Notes under the pieces: model-generated
What the model was told of the DNA's origin: nothing
What the model saw: the letters and a program-made list of their open reading frames with translations, nothing else
Databases searched by the model: none
Assembly: GCA_043803845.1 (NCBI GenBank)
Contig: JAZDJT010000005.1
Span: forward strand, 10,771 to 34,770
Source: Patescibacteria group bacterium
Lineage (GTDB): Bacteria > Patescibacteriota > Minisyncoccia > Minisyncoccales > GCA-002788555
DNA length: 24,000 nt
Direction of reading: 5' to 3'
Position numbers and translations under genes: made by a program
In this document: positions 8,165 through 15,417 of the stretch, piece by piece
Layout: each line of letters opens with the position of its first letter
How positions within the stretch are numbered: the stretch's first letter is position 1

Positions 8165-8428
8165 ATGGAGATTAACGCTGATAAAATTTTGTCGCTTTTA
8201 ATCAAGAAATCCTTCTTTATAGTTTTTTTACTATCGATTTTACTCTTGTTCGCGGTAAGTTTCTTGTATCTGCAGTATCTTTATAGCGCTTTGAATTTTC
8301 AACCGCAATTTGTAGTGGAAAACAAGATAGAGGATAGTACACTCGATAAAGTAACTAAAAATATTAATAAAAGAGAAGGTCAGTACTTAAAGAGTCTAAA
8401 ATCTCAATATCCCGACCCCTTCCGCTAG
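8165..8428 (+). CDS. Small single-pass membrane protein, function unknown
   Basis: 87 aa with one hydrophobic helix (FFIVFLLSILLLFAVSFLYLQYL). Gaps are 18 nt after pilO and 10 nt before the next gene. No recognisable motif. Confidence 0.5.
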   Translation: MEINADKILSLLIKKSFFIVFLLSILLLFAVSFLYLQYLYSALNFQPQFVVENKIEDSTLDKVTKNINKREGQYLKSLKSQYPDPFR

Positions 8429-8438
8429 TCTTTTATAT

Positions 8439-10112
8439 ATGAACCTGAAAAAAGAGATCCACATAAGATGGTCGAGAAAGAATACCATTATAGTATTATC
8501 TTTTTTGGGTGTAATTGGCGTTGTTGCCATCGCCTATTTTCTCTTTTATAAAAATATATTTTCCACTCAAAATATAGTTCTTCAGGTCTCCGCTCCAAAA
8601 GAGATAGCTTCGGGCAAGAACATAACTTGGATGGTAACAATAAAAAACAACAGTAAAGTAAAGATAGAAGACCTAAGCTTGAATTTTGAATATCCAGATG
8701 GAGTTTTCGGGAAAGAAAATTCCGTAAAAAAGAGGGAATCGAAGAAGATAGAAGGGGGACTCTTGCCCCAGCAAGAGATTTCGGAGAACTTTTCCGGAAC
8801 AGTTTTTGGTGTCGAGCAAGAAATAAAGGAGGCGAAGGCATTTCTCACTTATACGCCCGTCGGTCTCTCTACCCAATTCGAAAGCGAGGCATCTTTTTCG
8901 ACAAGAATTTCTGATACTTCTGTGTCATTTTTAATGGATGTTCCTAAGAGGGTAAATCCTAACGAGATACTTCCTATCTCCTTTAAATGGCAATCGGTTT
9001 TTTCTTTCCCACTGGAAAACGTTCAGATGAGGATTTCTCTACCAGAAGAATTCCAGAGGACCTCCTCAAAAATAGCGGGTGAGGAATTGCAAGACAAAAA
9101 AGTAATTTTGAACCTCGGTACTCTGAATGAAAACCAAGGCGGAGAAATAGTGATCAGAGGAAGGCTCTCGGGAGAGATTGGAGACCAGAAACTTTTTAAG
9201 GCAGAGTTTGGCGTATTCGATTTGCAATTATACGAATTCGTTGCCCTGGCCACCGTTGAGGAGAGCGTAAAAATTACCTCCTCGACACTTGATGTTTTTA
9301 GAAAAGTAAACGGCAGTTATAACTACACGGTTTCTCCCGGAGAAACACTGAACTACATCGTCGAATTTAAAAATACTGGAGAGGATGTTTATAAAAATTT
9401 GGAATTAGAGATAGAATTAGATGGCAGTGTTTTGGATTTCTCTACACTCAAGGCGACCGGTGGCAAAGTCGATGGCAAAAAAATTATTTTTTCCTCAAAA
9501 GACTTTCCGGATCTTCTTCTCTTGGGACCCTATGGAGAGGGAGAAGTCGGCTTCAAGATTAACGTCAGAGAATACACCTCGTCATTCCATCCGCAGAACG
9601 CCATCATCCGTGAAAACATAAATTTCGGAGGGATAGAAAAGTCTTTTCAGAGCAAGGTTTCTTCACTGACCTCATTCTCTCAAGAGATTTATTACAACAA
9701 AGAGAATTTTCCCTCTCTGATAAAAAATTTATTTAAAAACGCTGGTCCTTATCCCTTGCAGAGCGGCAAGGAAACAACTCTGGTGGTTGTTTTTAAAATA
9801 GAAAACTTGGGTAATCAGTTAAAAAACTTGAAGGTCAAAACCAAATTGCCAAGCGTAACCGATTTTCTTAATGAGGTTTATCCCGCCTCCTCCGACTTTG
9901 TTTTCAACGAGTCCAGTAAAGAACTGACTCTGGGCATAAATAGTGCTTCGGCTTACACGCCTTCAAAGATTTTCGCCTTTCAAGTTAAGGTAAAGCCCTC
10001 AGTTTTCCCGACCACGGTTATTGCCAAAACTAGAGTTATCGGAACAGATGTTTGGACTAATCAGGCGGTCGAAATTGAGGTTCCCTTGCTTGATACCGAT
10101 TTAATCCAGTAA
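8439..10112 (+). CDS. Membrane-anchored protein with four tandem DUF11/CARDB-like beta-sandwich repeats
   Basis: It has an N-terminal TM helix at aa 16-36. A core motif recurs four times: SGKNITWMVTIKNNSKVKIEDLSLNFEYP (aa 58), NEILPISFKWQSVFSFPLENVQMRISLP (aa 175), PGETLNYIVEFKNTGEDVYKNLELEIELD (aa 300) and SGKETTLVVVFKIENLGNQLKNLKVKTKLP (aa 442). Confidence 0.6.
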   Translation: MNLKKEIHIRWSRKNTIIVLSFLGVIGVVAIAYFLFYKNIFSTQNIVLQVSAPKEIASGKNITWMVTIKNNSKVKIEDLSLNFEYPDGVFGKENSVKKRESKKIEGGLLPQQEISENFSGTVFGVEQEIKEAKAFLTYTPVGLSTQFESEASFSTRISDTSVSFLMDVPKRVNPNEILPISFKWQSVFSFPLENVQMRISLPEEFQRTSSKIAGEELQDKKVILNLGTLNENQGGEIVIRGRLSGEIGDQKLFKAEFGVFDLQLYEFVALATVEESVKITSSTLDVFRKVNGSYNYTVSPGETLNYIVEFKNTGEDVYKNLELEIELDGSVLDFSTLKATGGKVDGKKIIFSSKDFPDLLLLGPYGEGEVGFKINVREYTSSFHPQNAIIRENINFGGIEKSFQSKVSSLTSFSQEIYYNKENFPSLIKNLFKNAGPYPLQSGKETTLVVVFKIENLGNQLKNLKVKTKLPSVTDFLNEVYPASSDFVFNESSKELTLGINSASAYTPSKIFAFQVKVKPSVFPTTVIAKTRVIGTDVWTNQAVEIEVPLLDTDLIQ

Positions 10113-10129
10113 AGTGTTTAAAGCCATAT

Positions 10130-10573
10130 ATGCTTACAAATTTCGGTCGGAAGATAAAACAAATCAACGTAATTTTAGGCTGGTTAATTTTTGTCTTATC
10201 ACTCGCCAGCATCGTCTGGCTTCTATTGGCGCGTCCCAAACCCACAGAAAAAATCGAAAGTCTAAAAATAGAAAATTTAAAAGCCAGTCTCAAAGACACA
10301 AAGCAAGCTTGGCAGCCCCCTTTTACTTATGAGGCGATGGCGGAGATTTTGAATCCCAACGAAAAATTTAATGCCGTTAAAATCAGTTACGTCTTTGAGA
10401 TAACTGATAATACTGAAAGGGTTATCGTCAAGAAGGAGGGGACAGTTGACGTTTTGGCAGGAGAGAGGAAGTTATTAAAGGAAGAGCTTACCATTCCCTC
10501 GTCGGGAGAAGATATTAATTTCAAATTAAAAGACGCTAATTGGGAGAGAGCTAATAAAGCTGATAGTAATTAA
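10130..10573 (+). CDS. Membrane-anchored protein, function unknown
   Basis: 147 aa with an N-terminal helix (INVILGWLIFVLSLASIVWLLL), then a beta-rich-looking region (KISYVFEITDNTERVIVKKEGTVDVLAGERKLL). Gaps are 17 nt upstream and 14 nt downstream. Confidence 0.55.
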   Translation: MLTNFGRKIKQINVILGWLIFVLSLASIVWLLLARPKPTEKIESLKIENLKASLKDTKQAWQPPFTYEAMAEILNPNEKFNAVKISYVFEITDNTERVIVKKEGTVDVLAGERKLLKEELTIPSSGEDINFKLKDANWERANKADSN

Positions 10574-10587
10574 CAAATGTCTAAGTT

Positions 10588-11682
10588 ATGATGCCAAGTC
10601 TTAAAAAAATTGACTGGTCACTTTTATTTTTCAGCCTTTTGTTAGCGGCCGTTGGTCTTTCGGCGCTGTTTAGTTTCTCGCTATCTTCGAAAGACTGGTC
10701 TTGGTTTCTGAGGCAAGCCATTTTTTTATTGGTCGGTTTCCTGTTGGCTATTCTCATATCGCTCATCGACGTAAAAGCGTTAAAAGAAGGTTCGATTTTT
10801 GTTTTCACCGTTTATGTCATATCCATACTTTTGCTTATTGGTCTTTTTTTCTTTGCACCGCTGATAAGGGGCACCCGTTCCTGGTATGCCTTGGGCGATT
10901 TTACCTTGGAACCGGTAGAAATTGTAAAAATTGTTTTTCTTTTGCTCTTCGCAAAATATTTTTCCCAGCGCCACGTAGAGCTCTATCAACCAGGGCACAT
11001 AATTCTCAGCGCTGTTTATGCCTTCTTCCCGGCCGTTCTCGTTTTCTTTCAGCCTGATTTCGGCTCGGCGATGATTCTAATTTTGCTCTGGCTTTCGATG
11101 ATGCTGGTGGCAGGCATAAAGAGAAATCACCTCTTAATTATTTTGGCAGTCGGATTAATAGCTATGGTTATCTCTTGGAGTTTTATCTTGACGGGGGAGC
11201 AGAGGGAGAGATTTATGACCTTCTTGAACCCCTACTTGGATCCCACCGGCAGCGGTTATCATATCTTGCAGTCCATCATAACCGTTGGTAGTGGGGGTAT
11301 TTTCGGTAAGGGGTTTTTGAATCCGCTAACCCAGGCGAAATTAGGTTTTTTACCAGAAGCCCATACCGATTTCATTTTCGCCTCTTTTTCAGAAATTTTC
11401 GGTTTGCTTGGAATTTTATTTTTGTTTTTGGTTTTCGCCTTGTTTTTTTGGCGGCTTTTTAGAACCCTGAAGATTTGTGAAGATAATTTTTCCCGTCTCT
11501 TGGTGTCGGGCTTCATTATTTTGGTTGGTATACAAACATTCATCAATATAGCTATGAACATAGGTCTCTTGCCGATTACCGGTATTCCTCTGCCATTTTT
11601 GAGTTACGGTGGTTCCAGTCTTTTATCACTATTTATCGGTATCGGCTTGGTGGAAAGCGTAAGACTTCATTCCAACGTTTAA
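10588..11682 (+). CDS. rodA: SEDS-family peptidoglycan glycosyltransferase, RodA-like (FtsW/RodA/SpoVE family)
   Basis: Polytopic membrane protein. GSGYHILQSIITVGSGGIFGKGF and LPEAHTDFIFASFSEIFGLLG match the SEDS core. The GYHI-QS-I-GSGG-GKG form is closer to RodA than to FtsW. Confidence 0.85.
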   Translation: MMPSLKKIDWSLLFFSLLLAAVGLSALFSFSLSSKDWSWFLRQAIFLLVGFLLAILISLIDVKALKEGSIFVFTVYVISILLLIGLFFFAPLIRGTRSWYALGDFTLEPVEIVKIVFLLLFAKYFSQRHVELYQPGHIILSAVYAFFPAVLVFFQPDFGSAMILILLWLSMMLVAGIKRNHLLIILAVGLIAMVISWSFILTGEQRERFMTFLNPYLDPTGSGYHILQSIITVGSGGIFGKGFLNPLTQAKLGFLPEAHTDFIFASFSEIFGLLGILFLFLVFALFFWRLFRTLKICEDNFSRLLVSGFIILVGIQTFINIAMNIGLLPITGIPLPFLSYGGSSLLSLFIGIGLVESVRLHSNV

Positions 11683-11699
11683 AAAAAAGACAAAAAAAC

Positions 11700-11727
11700 T
11701 TGAACATTGCTAGTTGCTTGATAAAAT
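11700..11727 (+). promoter_or_regulatory. Candidate promoter (TTGAAC-16-TAAAAT with TGn extended -10)
   Basis: TTGAAC at 11700-11705, TG at 11719-11720, TAAAAT at 11722-11727. A GTGGAG Shine-Dalgarno lies at 11734-11739 before the ATG at 11743. Confidence 0.4.
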
Positions 11728-11742
11728 GAGAAGTGGAGACGT

Positions 11743-13155
11743 ATGAAAAAAACTTTGTCGATAATTTTAGCAATTTCTCTTTTGATTTCGGTTGTTCCCA
11801 CTTCGGTGGCGGAAGATTCTTTTTGTGTTGAAGCCGAAAAAGCAACTAAGGAGAAGGACTGCGATACCCTCGCAGCGATTAACGGCGATAATGTCAAAAA
11901 AAAATGCAGTGACATTTTTAATAAATTTTCCACAGAACTTAACACTTGTTTGAGTAACGCACAGAAAGAAAAAGACGAGCTCGAATCACAGATTAATAAC
12001 ATTGAGAAGAAAGAAAGTTCCGCCGAATGGTATTTGTCTAAATTAAATCTCGACATCAGGTATCTAAACTACGAGATTGCCAATTTGGATTTATCAATTA
12101 GCCAGTTGGAAAGCGAGATTGAAAAAAGAGAAAAAGCCGTCAAAGAGTTAGACGAAGCGCTTGCAGAGCAAAAAGGTGTTTTACAAAACGCAATTAGGCA
12201 GTTTTACGAATACGATACAACATCTTATGTAGAAGTCTTGCTCGGCAACGGCTCTTTGTCGGAGTTTGGCAACAAGCTGATGGAGATTGACAAAGTGCAG
12301 ACAGAATTGAGGCTGGCGATGAAGGAAATTCAGAAAGCCAGAGACAAAATGGACAGTGAAAAATCAGCTATGGAAAAAGACATAGAGGAGAAAACCGAAT
12401 ACAAAAAAGTTCAGGAATACTCGATATACAGCTTAGCCAATAAAACAGAACAGCAAAAATATCTCCTCGGGCAGTTAGCCGCCGCCAAAACTCCGTTGGA
12501 AAAGGAGATGGCAAGAATAAAGAGCGAATTATCAGAATTAAGTAATGCTATGGCCAGAATTCAAAGTTATTTAACGGGTTGGTTAGGGTATAGGCCGAGT
12601 TGGTCACAAATTTGGACAGCTGTAAGTAATGCTTCAAATAAAGCTGGTATTAATAAATTTACAATGTTAGGAATACTTGAAGTAGAAAGTGGTTTTCGTA
12701 CTAATGCCGGGAGTAATGCTGGAAGTCCAGAGGGTAATCTTCAGAGATGTCACGATTACAGAGTAAACGATGAACCATTCTGTACGAATCAGAAAAATGA
12801 ATTTGAAGATATTTGTGCTGAACTTAATCTAGATAAAAACAAAATGCCAATTTCGGTAGCTTACGCTATGGGTCCGGCTCAGTTTATTCCAACAACTTGG
12901 AGAGGTTATCAGAATATGTATCCAGAGCTAAGAAATCCTTGGAACTTGAATGATGCTGTTTTAGCGATGGCTTATAAGTTAAAAAGAGGAGGAGGTGTGG
13001 CTGGTTATAATCCTGGTGGAGCTTCTTGGTATGTGCCAAGAGTGAATGCTGCAGCTTCAAGATGGCAGGAAATTTACAATGCATGTAATGGATTTGATCT
13101 AAGCTGTCCTAACCTAAAAAATTATTTAGAATCAAAAGGTATTCCAGCTGAATAA
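11743..13155 (+). CDS. Secreted coiled-coil protein with C-terminal lytic transglycosylase-like domain (SLT/MltB-like)
   Basis: Signal-peptide-like N-terminus MKKTLSIILAISLLISVVPTSVAED. About 230 aa are heptad-rich and E/K/Q-rich. The C-terminus has GILEVESGF (catalytic Glu-Ser type motif) and AYAMGPAQFIPTTWRGY (MltB/SLT_2-like AMG-x-x-QF-x-P-x-T). Confidence 0.7.
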   Translation: MKKTLSIILAISLLISVVPTSVAEDSFCVEAEKATKEKDCDTLAAINGDNVKKKCSDIFNKFSTELNTCLSNAQKEKDELESQINNIEKKESSAEWYLSKLNLDIRYLNYEIANLDLSISQLESEIEKREKAVKELDEALAEQKGVLQNAIRQFYEYDTTSYVEVLLGNGSLSEFGNKLMEIDKVQTELRLAMKEIQKARDKMDSEKSAMEKDIEEKTEYKKVQEYSIYSLANKTEQQKYLLGQLAAAKTPLEKEMARIKSELSELSNAMARIQSYLTGWLGYRPSWSQIWTAVSNASNKAGINKFTMLGILEVESGFRTNAGSNAGSPEGNLQRCHDYRVNDEPFCTNQKNEFEDICAELNLDKNKMPISVAYAMGPAQFIPTTWRGYQNMYPELRNPWNLNDAVLAMAYKLKRGGGVAGYNPGGASWYVPRVNAAASRWQEIYNACNGFDLSCPNLKNYLESKGIPAE

Positions 13156-13164
13156 AACTATATT

Positions 13165-13199
13165 AAAAAACGCAGAGGAAAATTTTCTGCGTTTTTTTA
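13165..13199. terminator. Bidirectional rho-independent terminator between convergent genes
   Basis: An A-run at 13165-13170, stem CGCAGA (13171-13176) pairing with TCTGCG (13186-13191) plus two G-U pairs, then a T-run at 13192-13198. It lies between the stop at 13155 (+) and the prfA stop at 13217 (-). Confidence 0.75.
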
Positions 13200-13216
13200 T
13201 TATAGGAACTGATTTA

Positions 13217-14251
13217 TTACTTCTTAAATTCTTCAGTTATTTCGTCTAGGTTTCCCTCCAGAATCTCGGCGATGTGTTTCCAGGACTTTTTAACCCGATG
13301 GTCGGTGATTCTATCCTGCGGGAAATTGTAAGTTCTTATCTTTTCCGCTCTATCTCCGCTACCGATTTGGGTTTTCCTAGCTTCTCCAATTTTTTTCTCG
13401 GCGTCCTCCCTGGTTTTCTGAAAAATCCGAGCTTTTAAAACCTTCATAGCGTTATTTCTATTGGCAACTTGGGTCCTGGAAGTCTGCGATGTCACAACGG
13501 TACCAGTAGGAGTATGAGTTATCCTGACCGCCGATTCTCTTTTGTTAACATACTGGCCGCCTGGTCCCGAAGAGTGATAAACTTCTATTTTTAAATCCTG
13601 CGGTCTTATATTCATCTCTTTTTCTTCGGCTATTGGGAGAACGGCTACGCTAACCGTGGAGGTGTGAATCCTTCCTGATTTTTCCGTTGCTGGAATTCTC
13701 TGTACTCTATGGACTCCGCTCTCGTATCTTAATTCTTCTTCCACCTTCCTGCCTTTTATTTCGAATGATATTTCTTTTATTCCCGCAAGATCGCTATAAC
13801 TGGCAGCCAGTATATTAACCATCCACCCTCTTTTGTTGGCGAATTTTTGATACATCTCAAGCAAGTCTTTTGCAAAGAGAGATGCCTCCTCTCCGCCGGC
13901 GGCCGCTCTTATCTCTATTAAAACCTGGCTGAAAGATCTCTCGGGAGGATTTAACATCCCTTCAATCTCCTTCTCGATATACGATTTTTTCTTTTGTAAG
14001 TCTTCGATATCTTGGTTCGCCAATTTTTTTAAATCTTCATCGGTGCTTTCTCTCAAAATCTCTTTATTGTCTTTCAGGTTCTTCTCGATTTTTTCTTCCT
14101 CTCTGATTTTATCGATGACGCCCTGTAAAAAAGCGAGGCGCTTTGACGTGCTGGCAAACTCTCTCCTATTTAAAGAAAGCTCAGTTTTATTTGGGTTGCT
14201 GAGCTTTCTTTGAAGAGTTTCGTATTCTTTTTTTAGATCGTCGGTTCTCAT
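13217..14251 (-). CDS. prfA: Peptide chain release factor 1
   Basis: GGQ motif (SSGPGGQYVNK) and the RF1-specific PAT tripeptide (VQRIPATEKSGRIHTS). 344 aa. Confidence 0.95.
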   Translation of the reverse strand: MRTDDLKKEYETLQRKLSNPNKTELSLNRREFASTSKRLAFLQGVIDKIREEEKIEKNLKDNKEILRESTDEDLKKLANQDIEDLQKKKSYIEKEIEGMLNPPERSFSQVLIEIRAAAGGEEASLFAKDLLEMYQKFANKRGWMVNILAASYSDLAGIKEISFEIKGRKVEEELRYESGVHRVQRIPATEKSGRIHTSTVSVAVLPIAEEKEMNIRPQDLKIEVYHSSGPGGQYVNKRESAVRITHTPTGTVVTSQTSRTQVANRNNAMKVLKARIFQKTREDAEKKIGEARKTQIGSGDRAEKIRTYNFPQDRITDHRVKKSWKHIAEILEGNLDEITEEFKK

Positions 14252-14254
14252 TAT

Positions 14255-14515
14255 TTACTTTTTCTTTGAGACATTAGTTTTCTTGGTTCTCTTTGTCGGC
14301 TTTTTCATCTTCTCCGATTTTGCCGCTCTCTTTTTGAATTTCTCTACCTGTCCGGTCGCATCAACAATCTTGGTCTTGCCCGTGTAGAACGGATGGCAGG
14401 AGGAACAAATTTCTACATCTGTCTTCTCCTCTGTTGAAGGTATGTGAAAAACATTGCCGCAAGCGCAGTGCTGGACTGCGTTTTTAAAGTATTTCGGATG
14501 GATACCCTTTTTCAT
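14255..14515 (-). CDS. rpmE: 50S ribosomal protein L31 (Zn-ribbon type) with Lys-rich C-terminal tail
   Basis: [47 protein letters not shown] matches L31 including the CxCG and CxxCHPF motifs. Start taken at the internal ATG (14515), not the ORF-track start at 14545. It ends 3 nt before prfA. Confidence 0.9.
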   Translation of the reverse strand: MKKGIHPKYFKNAVQHCACGNVFHIPSTEEKTDVEICSSCHPFYTGKTKIVDATGQVEKFKKRAAKSEKMKKPTKRTKKTNVSKKK

Positions 14516-14525
14516 AAAATGAAAT

Positions 14526-14581
14526 AAATTTACTACGAAAAACAAAAGAAATTTACTACGTAAATTAAAAGATTTACTACG
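14526..14581. repeat. Three direct copies of ATTTACTACG (minus-strand CGTAGTAAAT) in the predicted rpmE 5' leader
   Basis: Core 10-mers lie at 14528-14537, 14551-14560 and 14572-14581, spaced 23 and 21 nt. The first two copies share the 12-mer AAATTTACTACG. Confidence 0.85.
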
Positions 14582-14586
14582 TGGTG

Positions 14587-14615
14587 ATTATATCAACTTT
14601 CTTTGACAATTTCAA
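14587..14615 (-). promoter_or_regulatory. Candidate promoter for rpmE-prfA (TTGAAA-17-TATAAT on the minus strand)
   Basis: Minus-strand TTGAAA equals plus 14610-14615, then a 17-nt spacer. Minus-strand TATAAT equals plus 14587-14592. The predicted start near 14580 coincides with the first CGTAGTAAAT copy. Confidence 0.5.
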
Positions 14616-14631
14616 TCCCTTTTGATATATT
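14603..14631 (+). promoter_or_regulatory. Candidate promoter for rpsB-tsf (TTGACA-17-TATATT with TGn extended -10)
   Basis: TTGACA at 14603-14608, a 17-nt spacer, TG at 14623-14624, TATATT at 14626-14631. It sits back-to-back with the minus-strand -35. Confidence 0.5.
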
Positions 14632-14662
14632 ATTTGGTATTATTAAAGGGAATTTAGAAAAT

Positions 14663-15403
14663 ATGCAAAAAGAAATTTCAAAGACAGATACTCCTTCGGA
14701 GAGAAGCGCTCCGGTTTCCGAGAAAGAGAGTCCGATTCGCGACAAAGAAATAGAAGAAATGTTGAAGTCCGGAGTTCAGTTTGGCCATCGTCAGGACAAA
14801 AAACATCCCAAGATGGAAAATTTCGTCTACGGCTCCAGAAACAGCATTTCAATTATCGATGTCCTCAAAACTAAAGAATATCTTCAAAAGGCGATTGATT
14901 TTTTAAAGGAAAAGATTAAAAAAGGAGCGATTATACTCTTTGTGGGGACGAAATTAGCCATTAAAAATATGATAAAGGAATTAGCGCAGGATTTTAAAAT
15001 GCCCTACGTTACAGAAAGATGGCTCGGCGGGACCCTTACCAATTTCGGGGTTGTAAGTATTCAGATTAAAAACTTAGAAAGACTGGAAGAGGGTAAGAAA
15101 AAAGGCGATTTTGACAAATACACCAAAAAAGAGAGATTAAGATTGGATAAGGATCTCGAAAAAAGAAAAAGAAAGATAGGCGGCATCAGGACGCTTAAAA
15201 AGTTGCCCGACGTTTTGTTTGTCGTGGATGTGAGAAAGGAAAAAACAGCGATAGAGGAAGCCGCTATTAAAAAAATTCCAGTCGTAGGAATTTGCGATAC
15301 TGATAGCGACCCAGACTCTATCGATTATCCTGTTTTCGCGAATGACGAAGTACCATCTTCTGTGAAATACATATTAACGAAAATCAAACAATCGTTAAAA
15401 TAA
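14663..15403 (+). CDS. rpsB: 30S ribosomal protein S2 with N-terminal extension
   Basis: MLKSGVQFGHRQDKKHPKM matches the S2 signature (GVHFGH...NPKM), as does TERWLGGTLTNF. Start taken at ATG 14663 (AAAGGG upstream), because the ORF-track TTG at 14603 is the -35 hexamer. Confidence 0.9.
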   Translation: MQKEISKTDTPSERSAPVSEKESPIRDKEIEEMLKSGVQFGHRQDKKHPKMENFVYGSRNSISIIDVLKTKEYLQKAIDFLKEKIKKGAIILFVGTKLAIKNMIKELAQDFKMPYVTERWLGGTLTNFGVVSIQIKNLERLEEGKKKGDFDKYTKKERLRLDKDLEKRKRKIGGIRTLKKLPDVLFVVDVRKEKTAIEEAAIKKIPVVGICDTDSDPDSIDYPVFANDEVPSSVKYILTKIKQSLK

Positions 15404-15417
15404 TCAGTTTGCCAAAT

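Noticed and set aside
8488-9253. Several minus-strand ORFs (67-117 aa) inside the 557-aa gene, and similar antisense ORFs inside pilB, pilC, pilM, pilO, lepA, uppS and mltG
   Set aside because: These are shadow ORFs opposite strongly supported coding frames. They are low-complexity and have no recognisable motifs.
10114-11057. Plus-strand ORFs 10114-10332 (72 aa) and 10701-11057 (118 aa)
   Set aside because: They are out-of-frame overlaps of the 147-aa gene and rodA. Their R/H/C-rich composition is typical of off-frame translation.
13217-14251. Programmed +1 frameshift of a release-factor gene
   Set aside because: The protein has the RF1 PAT motif, not RF2 SPF, and is a single uninterrupted ORF.
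14526-14581. CRISPR-like array (also considered for 1076-1190 and 18181-18220)
   Set aside because: The repeats are only 7-12 nt long, with 2-10 copies and spacers of about 10 nt or none. There are no cas genes, so this is far below CRISPR repeat and spacer dimensions.
14516-14662. N-terminal ORF extensions of rpmE (to 14545) and rpsB (from TTG 14603)
   Set aside because: The conserved protein N-termini begin at the internal ATGs (14515 and 14663). The extensions run through the promoter hexamers and the repeat array.
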